In this document: positions 8,710 through 14,101 of the stretch, piece after piece
Layout: each line of letters begins with the position of its first letter
Position numbering within the stretch: position 1 is the first letter of the stretch
Virus record (IMG/VR): IMGVR_UViG_3300033121_001080
Location: 1 to 17,519 of that record
DNA length: 17,519 nucleotides
Strand: one strand, 5' to 3'
From: a virus
Taxonomy: Duplodnaviria > Heunggongvirae > Uroviricota > Caudoviricetes
The notes under the pieces: generated by a model
The model's database searches: none
What the model was told of the DNA's origin: nothing
What the model saw: only the letters and a program-made list of their open reading frames with translations
Made by a program: the position numbers and the translations under genes

Positions 8710-10290
8710 TTATTGATTTCGTTTTATGAAATCTTCTGCCGCTTTTCTGACCGGGTGATCGTGGTCATACTGTAGGGCTGTTTTAATAAGTATGTCGTGA
8801 TTAGTGACAGGATTGCGAATTTTCTGATTCAATAGATCATTAGCATGTCCACTAGTCATCGTTGGTTCATTAACAGCAGACGCAGCAATTTGCATTGCCT
8901 GATCTCTAGTCATTTCAGGATTTTCATACCACGCATCTTCAACCGCAGCCAAGATTTTCTTAATTTCTGGTCCCGGCTTCATGTTAAATGCAGTCATGAT
9001 ATCATTTCCATTGACAGGAAGTTTTGGTTTTGCTGGAATGACCATCGTAATATTCTTGATTCTATCAGCCATTGCAGGAATTTGATTAGGCATTGATGCG
9101 CCTTCTGCATGTGAAATATTATCAGCGTGCATTAATTTAAACGCCGGGTCAAGATCATTCCCCATGTGAGCAGCAAATTTACGTAATGCCTTATCAGAAA
9201 CTTGATCACCATTTGGACCGGCACTTTTCAAACGCATATGATTGGCAACGATGTTAACTACAGATTGAATTTGTTCTGTAGAATACTTCATGCGTTTCAT
9301 AATATTAGCTGCCATTTCCGCACCAACATCTTCGTGCTTATAGAAATGAATTCCAGTTTCATCTTCTGTCTTGACGGCTGGTTTTGCAATATCGTGGAAA
9401 ATGGCAGACAGTCTCACAACCAAATCTGGCGGTGTGTTGGATAATACTTCCATCGTGTGAGAAAACACATCATCTTTGTGATATTGATTCTGACCGACAC
9501 CAATCGTAGCAATTATTTCTGGTAGGAAATATGTTGCCAATCCAGTATACGTGAGCAATTTTACTGCTTCTGCCGGTCTGTCAGATAGAAGCATTTTGTT
9601 GAATTCATCTTGAATTCGCTCCATGGAAATATTCTTCAACATACCGGCATTCTTTTTCAAGGAATCAACGATATATGTCGGAATTTTCCAGTTATAACGT
9701 ACAGCAAAACGGATGACGCGCAACATGCGAAGCGGATCATCTTCAAATGTAATATCAGGATCTAATGGAGTGCGAATAACATGATCTTTGATATCTTGCA
9801 TTCCCAATCCTGTTGGGTCTAGAATTTTGCCTGTGGTTAGATCTTTGTACATTGCATTAATTGTCAAATCTCTGCGTTCTGCATCTGTCTTAAGATCTGC
9901 ATATACAACATCTGGTTTTCTTGATCCAGCGGTATACTTTTCTCCACGAGTCATAACAGCCTCAATATCAATATCAGACAAATCAAGACCGTCAACTTTC
10001 ACACCGCGAAGATTAAATTTCGCCGTTCCAAATCTAGGAAATATTAGAGGATTAACATCCTTTTTGTATGCACCAGTTTTTTTACAAATCCATTCAGCAA
10101 ATGTAATTCCACCATCTTGCATTGTTACAACAATATCAATATCTTTTACCGGCTTGCCCATAACTTGATCTCTGATTGCACCACCTGCTAATAGTACATG
10201 ATTTTCGAATGGGCTTCCCTTTAAAAGTCGGCTCAAGTAGTTTAATACAAATGTTTCTTTATTTTCTAATAAAAGCCGCAATTTAATCAC
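8710..10290 (-). CDS. cca: 526-aa class II tRNA nucleotidyltransferase (CCA-adding enzyme) with HD domain and C-terminal ~40-aa repeat module; GTG start
   Basis: AGGAIRD..KDIDIVV (D50, D52), RGEKY..SRKP flexible loop, ERRDLTINAM, FEDDPLRMLR, ERIQDEFNKML, HD domain (SHT..FHDIAKP, H299/D300), C-terminal PVNGNDIM..PGPEI; GTG at 10290-10288 with SD GGAG 7 nt upstream. Confidence 0.92.
   Translation of the reverse strand: MIKLRLLLENKETFVLNYLSRLLKGSPFENHVLLAGGAIRDQVMGKPVKDIDIVVTMQDGGITFAEWICKKTGAYKKDVNPLIFPRFGTAKFNLRGVKVDGLDLSDIDIEAVMTRGEKYTAGSRKPDVVYADLKTDAERRDLTINAMYKDLTTGKILDPTGLGMQDIKDHVIRTPLDPDITFEDDPLRMLRVIRFAVRYNWKIPTYIVDSLKKNAGMLKNISMERIQDEFNKMLLSDRPAEAVKLLTYTGLATYFLPEIIATIGVGQNQYHKDDVFSHTMEVLSNTPPDLVVRLSAIFHDIAKPAVKTEDETGIHFYKHEDVGAEMAANIMKRMKYSTEQIQSVVNIVANHMRLKSAGPNGDQVSDKALRKFAAHMGNDLDPAFKLMHADNISHAEGASMPNQIPAMADRIKNITMVIPAKPKLPVNGNDIMTAFNMKPGPEIKKILAAVEDAWYENPEMTRDQAMQIAASAVNEPTMTSGHANDLLNQKIRNPVTNHDILIKTALQYDHDHPVRKAAEDFIKRNQ
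8713..8835 (-). repeat. Copy 3 of the ~40-aa protein module (C-terminus of the CCA enzyme): LLNQKIRNPVTNHDILIKTALQYDHDHPVRKAAEDFIKRNQ
   Basis: Appended after the normal end of the CCA fold; 18/40 and 19/40 identical to the two copies in the 760-aa protein. Confidence 0.9.
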
Positions 10291-11071
10291 TTGACAACTC
10301 CGATATTAATTTTGTTCCTAAATAAAATCTATATATTAAATTATGTTGTTTACAATATTCTTTTGCTACTGTTGCTTTTATCTTATCAATCGGTTTTATC
10401 CATCCTTTAACTTCATCTAAAAATTTATTATCTACTAAAAAATCTGGTATGTAATACGTGTGCAATTCATTATTAATATATGGAATTCGTATACCATGTT
10501 TTTTAGTCCACACCACATTTATTGATTCATAAAAATTCATTCTATTTTCTTCTAGCGAAGAATCAAACCATTCTTTATTGCCATCATTTTTTGAAAACCA
10601 GCCGGTTTTCCAATTATTTTTTATAGAATATTTTCCTTCTGCTAGTCTTTTCGTATATGTATCTATTCGTTTTTCTAATAATTTTTTATTTTTTGCTGGG
10701 TTGTTACGTGCCCAACGATCAATTGAAATCAAATTATTTTGTTTCCACCCATCAGAATCAATAATTTTTTGTATATTTATAGAATCTTTCATTGAATTAT
10801 TATCAGATATTTTTTTTCGTACATCCAATCGTTTGGCTGGATTGTTTTCTCCTAAAAATTTAGCTACAACATCTTCATTTTTCATAGGGTTGTTATTTAA
10901 CCATCTCTGTCTTTTTTCTTCGCGCCGTTTTGGCGTCCACGAATCTTTATATTTTTTTCTTTGCTCATCGGTGCGCTTTTTATTTTTTGTACTATGACCG
11001 ACAATATATCTATTATGTTGTTGTTTTTTATTTAACTTAGTAATATTACCACATCCACATTCACATAACAT
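10283..11071 (-). CDS. 262-aa free-standing homing-endonuclease-like protein: CxCGCG..GH N-terminus, NUMOD3-like repeats, C-terminal PD-(D/E)XK (TnsA-like) nuclease
   Basis: MLCECGCG..VGH; basic repeats NNPMK, NNPAK, NNSMK, NNPAK; SSLEE helix and YIPDFL..EVKG catalytic motif; visibly more A/T-rich than flanking genes; overlaps the cca start by 8 nt. Confidence 0.78.
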   Translation of the reverse strand: MLCECGCGNITKLNKKQQHNRYIVGHSTKNKKRTDEQRKKYKDSWTPKRREEKRQRWLNNNPMKNEDVVAKFLGENNPAKRLDVRKKISDNNSMKDSINIQKIIDSDGWKQNNLISIDRWARNNPAKNKKLLEKRIDTYTKRLAEGKYSIKNNWKTGWFSKNDGNKEWFDSSLEENRMNFYESINVVWTKKHGIRIPYINNELHTYYIPDFLVDNKFLDEVKGWIKPIDKIKATVAKEYCKQHNLIYRFYLGTKLISELSSD

Positions 11072-11112
11072 ATAATCTCCTATATCTAGTATCTATAAAT
11101 ATAGGAGATTAT
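11072..11112 (-). promoter_or_regulatory. RBS-sequestering hairpin directly upstream of the endonuclease start codon
   Basis: Perfect 14-bp inverted repeat (11072-11085 / 11099-11112), 13-nt loop; minus-strand RNA AUAAUCUCCUAUAU-UUAUAGAUACUAG-AUAUAGGAGAUUAU-AUG puts the SD AGGAGA in the 3' arm. Confidence 0.85.
11094..11101 (-). promoter_or_regulatory. Putative late-promoter box TATTTATA inside the hairpin
   Basis: Exact TATTTATA spanning the 5'-arm/loop junction, 22 nt upstream of the ATG at 11071. Confidence 0.65.
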
Positions 11113-11141
11113 TACCAAACCGACTGCTAAGAACACTTTAC

Positions 11142-11438
11142 TTACCCAATATGTTGTCCTGCTTCGTAATACTTCTTTTCAGGCGCCCAGCGATTTAAGT
11201 TGATCCCCGCCTCAATTGGTTTATAAGAGGCTGGAATGACCATATTCTTTCTAGCACTATCGTAATATGCTAATGCTGTATCAGTATAAGATGTCGTGCG
11301 AAGCTTTTGAAATGCTTCAAATTGTGTCTGAAATTGACTATTAACATCAAAGAAATTAACCTGTTGTTCAGGAATTTGTCTTGCTTGAACTAGTCTAAGT
11401 TTACCGCTTGTTTCATACAGATTTAAAATATCTGACAT
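11142..11438 (-). CDS. 98-aa hypothetical protein, last gene of the tail/baseplate run
   Basis: SD GAGGA overlapping the TGA of the upstream gene, same strand and tight packing; no recognisable motif. Confidence 0.75.
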   Translation of the reverse strand: MSDILNLYETSGKLRLVQARQIPEQQVNFFDVNSQFQTQFEAFQKLRTTSYTDTALAYYDSARKNMVIPASYKPIEAGINLNRWAPEKKYYEAGQHIG

Positions 11439-11447
11439 GGTTTATCC

Positions 11448-12290
11448 TCAAATATCAAATTTAATTATGAATGTTTGGTCCATTTCTACAATTCTTCGAA
11501 TTGGTCGTGGAACCTTTGCCACCGCAATTAAATCCCAATTGTCGTTATACATACCAATCGTGGTAATGTATGGAGTTAAAGAACCACTTAACAATTCATT
11601 CATCAACAATGAACTTCCACTTACTGACGAGGAAGAGAACAAAATTAACGACGGGTTCGTCGAATAATTAAATTCACCCTTTTCCATCGTACATTGTATA
11701 GAATGCTCATACAATGTTAATTGAGAACGATACTTTAATGTAACGGCTGAAAGATCGCTCAATCCCATTCCATTTGCTGTAATTCCTGTACCCGCTCCGA
11801 GTTTTGAAATTACTGCTATTCCGAATGAATAGAATATATTTCCAACGTAAGTTCCGGCAGGAGATACGGAAGTATACAACCTTCCAAGTCCGTCGTCAAG
11901 TATGGAAACCGATCCACTTGTTAATACAAAAGAACCGGGCCTAATCTGTTCCCCAAAAGAAGCTTGAGAAACTCCTACAACGTATACCCCGATTGATTGT
12001 GAATCAAATGTCCACCCCCTATCGAAAATTGGCGGGATATTACTCTGCGTTGGTGCAATTGTAGGATAGAAAAAGTTTTCTACAAATCCATATAACGTGT
12101 GCTTTTCTAATCCACTACCGGAATTAAACGTCTGCGAATATACTGTAGACTTCCAATTGGCCGGAGGTACAGCCGCTTCATCTATAGACAAAAACCACTT
12201 ATTAGTGCCGCCATATGTGTATACATAGGTGTGGTCTTTGTATGCCTTAAACGGTCGTATAATGTAACTTCCTTGTGGAAGAGGCTTCAT
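11448..12290 (-). CDS. 280-aa tail/baseplate structural protein, paralogue of the neighbouring 352-aa protein
   Basis: C-terminal EFNYSTNP..YITTIGMYNDNWDLIAVAK..FIIKFDI, resembling the VGLFD..G.LIAVA strand of tail-collar/fibre attachment domains; SD AGGAGGT. Confidence 0.7.
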   Translation of the reverse strand: MKPLPQGSYIIRPFKAYKDHTYVYTYGGTNKWFLSIDEAAVPPANWKSTVYSQTFNSGSGLEKHTLYGFVENFFYPTIAPTQSNIPPIFDRGWTFDSQSIGVYVVGVSQASFGEQIRPGSFVLTSGSVSILDDGLGRLYTSVSPAGTYVGNIFYSFGIAVISKLGAGTGITANGMGLSDLSAVTLKYRSQLTLYEHSIQCTMEKGEFNYSTNPSLILFSSSSVSGSSLLMNELLSGSLTPYITTIGMYNDNWDLIAVAKVPRPIRRIVEMDQTFIIKFDI

Positions 12291-12302
12291 ACTACCTCCT
12301 CA

Positions 12303-13361
12303 TTAAAAATCCAAACGGACCTTAATATTAAGTTCGGTGTCGCTTGCTTTTTGTGTTGGCTGACTTAACTTAGCAACAGCGCACAATTCGTTATTATCAT
12401 TATACAAACCAACTGTTGTTACAAATGTTCTTGGATCATCCTTAAATGCTGCCCATGTTAAATTACCAGTTGCTTCATCATAATATGTAGGATTGTTGGA
12501 ATAGTTAAATTCCTTAGCGCGTAATCTTACGAAGTAATGAGTTGACGTAATATTTTCTGAGCTACGTGCTTGGAAGTTTGCACCCAACTTAATGGAATTA
12601 TACAAACCAACATGGTTATATTGTGGTAACGTTTGTGATCCAGAGACAACTTTAAACGGTTGTGAACCGGATACATAAAATCCACCACTTACAAACCCAA
12701 CTGTTTGATCAATAGCATCAGAATTCAATACGATAATTCCCAAACTTGGATAAACCAATCCATATCCACCACGAGAAAGTGATGCAGATGATGCAATCGT
12801 ATATCCCAAAGTTCCGGAAAGCGATCCGGATGCAACATTAAATACTTCTCCAGACTTACCAAATGCAGTACCCAAAGATTGGCCACTATCGTCAATAAAT
12901 GTAGAACGACCATTGGTACCACTTAATGTTAATACCCAATTACCCGGATCTAAACGTTCCTTCATTCTGCTACGCTGTAATGCAATAACATAAATGTTAT
13001 CTGAAGAATAGTTGTTAGCAAAGGTAAATTGTGTGTCGGTAGGATCTAATAGAAGATTTCTCATTTGACTATAGACTGCTTGAGTTGCTACAGTCGAAGT
13101 ATTGTTTTGTAATAGCGTTGGGTGACCTTGACCAGTTCTGTTACCATACGCCACAGCAAAACATTGTACAGCGGCACTGTCTGTTAATGGGTTTGTAGAA
13201 TATACATCCCAATAGAATTGGCCGCTCGTTCCAGATGCTTGAGTACTGGAACTGAAAAAGGTTGTAAGACTTCCAGTATCATTAGGCCAAAGACCAGTCG
13301 TTACTTCGGCTGGATTGGCTTGAACTATATCATCTGATGCGAAACTTTTATAAACAGACAT
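12303..13361 (-). CDS. 352-aa tail/baseplate structural protein
   Basis: C-terminal EFNYSNNP..FVTTVGLYNDNNELCAVAK..IKVRLDF shared with the downstream paralogue; S/G/T-rich; SD AAGGAGA. Confidence 0.7.
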   Translation of the reverse strand: MSVYKSFASDDIVQANPAEVTTGLWPNDTGSLTTFFSSSTQASGTSGQFYWDVYSTNPLTDSAAVQCFAVAYGNRTGQGHPTLLQNNTSTVATQAVYSQMRNLLLDPTDTQFTFANNYSSDNIYVIALQRSRMKERLDPGNWVLTLSGTNGRSTFIDDSGQSLGTAFGKSGEVFNVASGSLSGTLGYTIASSASLSRGGYGLVYPSLGIIVLNSDAIDQTVGFVSGGFYVSGSQPFKVVSGSQTLPQYNHVGLYNSIKLGANFQARSSENITSTHYFVRLRAKEFNYSNNPTYYDEATGNLTWAAFKDDPRTFVTTVGLYNDNNELCAVAKLSQPTQKASDTELNIKVRLDF

Positions 13362-13379
13362 GTGCTATCTCCTTTTCTA

Positions 13380-14009
13380 TTACGGATTGACAGTTACAGG
13401 AATTGTGATTGTTCCACCAGTTTCATTACCAATAATTGTGATCTTCGTGTTGGTAATTGTTGTAACCGCCTTTGGAATTATGGTGAACGTCTTTCCAACT
13501 GCAACCGCTGCATTGGCTGATATTGCATCTCCAAAGAATCGTGGAGAAACACCAGATGCTACTCCGTTACCGACTAACGTTGCCGCATTCGAATCAAACA
13601 ATATAGCAGAATATCCCAATGTGCTGTTTAATGTTACTGCCAAACCGGCCTGAGATGTGGACGGTGTGATTGTGACACCAGAAGAATTCTGACCGTATTG
13701 GATTGTAATAGAAGGCATTCCAATAGAAATAATAGGAATTTGGCTGGTTCCGCGTGGAAGCGTAACTAGTTTGTATCTCATAACTTGGGTTTCATCTGGA
13801 ACTGCCTCAAGTAATGGCATACCTTCGATAATTGAACCGTAATATGCGGTTCCTAGTGGATGCGTAGGAGCATAAAGAGAATAATCAACTTCATCGTCAG
13901 CGACGGCAAATTGAGTAATATTTAAGCCACCGCCAGCAGCAAGCAATTCTCTACCTTTTTTGGTAAGAATAGCTTCGACGGTTAAAGTATTATTATTTAG
14001 AAATCCCAT
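13380..14009 (-). CDS. 209-aa tail/baseplate structural protein
   Basis: N-terminal AILTKKGRELLA..LNITQFAVADD resembles the start of P2 gpH-like tail-collar domains; Ig-like beta-rich C-terminal half; SD GGAG. Confidence 0.65.
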   Translation of the reverse strand: MGFLNNNTLTVEAILTKKGRELLAAGGGLNITQFAVADDEVDYSLYAPTHPLGTAYYGSIIEGMPLLEAVPDETQVMRYKLVTLPRGTSQIPIISIGMPSITIQYGQNSSGVTITPSTSQAGLAVTLNSTLGYSAILFDSNAATLVGNGVASGVSPRFFGDAISANAAVAVGKTFTIIPKAVTTITNTKITIIGNETGGTITIPVTVNP

Positions 14010-14060
14010 TTTGACACTCCATGATTTTTTACAATATTTTTGTAGAATATTGGAACTTTA

Positions 14061-14068
14061 TATAAATA
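14061..14068 (-). promoter_or_regulatory. Putative late-promoter box TATTTATA
   Basis: Exact TATTTATA in the 92-nt gap between the giant structural gene and the 209-aa gene. Confidence 0.55.
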
Positions 14069-14101
14069 GTGAGGTTACGGCGTATTTGATCAAGCTAAAT
14101 T

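Noticed and set aside
4128-9444. Short plus-strand ORFs in the track (4128-4316, 4321-4533, 4620-4820, 4900-5250, 7335-7691, 7703-7906, 8098-8280, 8381-8605) and alternative-frame ORFs 8845-9096, 9202-9444
   Set aside because: They lie antisense to, or inside, long minus-strand genes with clear catalytic motifs; no SD or protein-like motif seen. Treated as shadow ORFs.
10291-14016. Plus-strand TTGACA hexamers at 10291-10296 and 14011-14016, both between an SD and a start codon of minus-strand genes
   Set aside because: No -10 element at 16-18 nt spacing (TACAAT at 14030 is only 13 nt away) and no plus-strand gene to drive; two instances are too few to call a motif.
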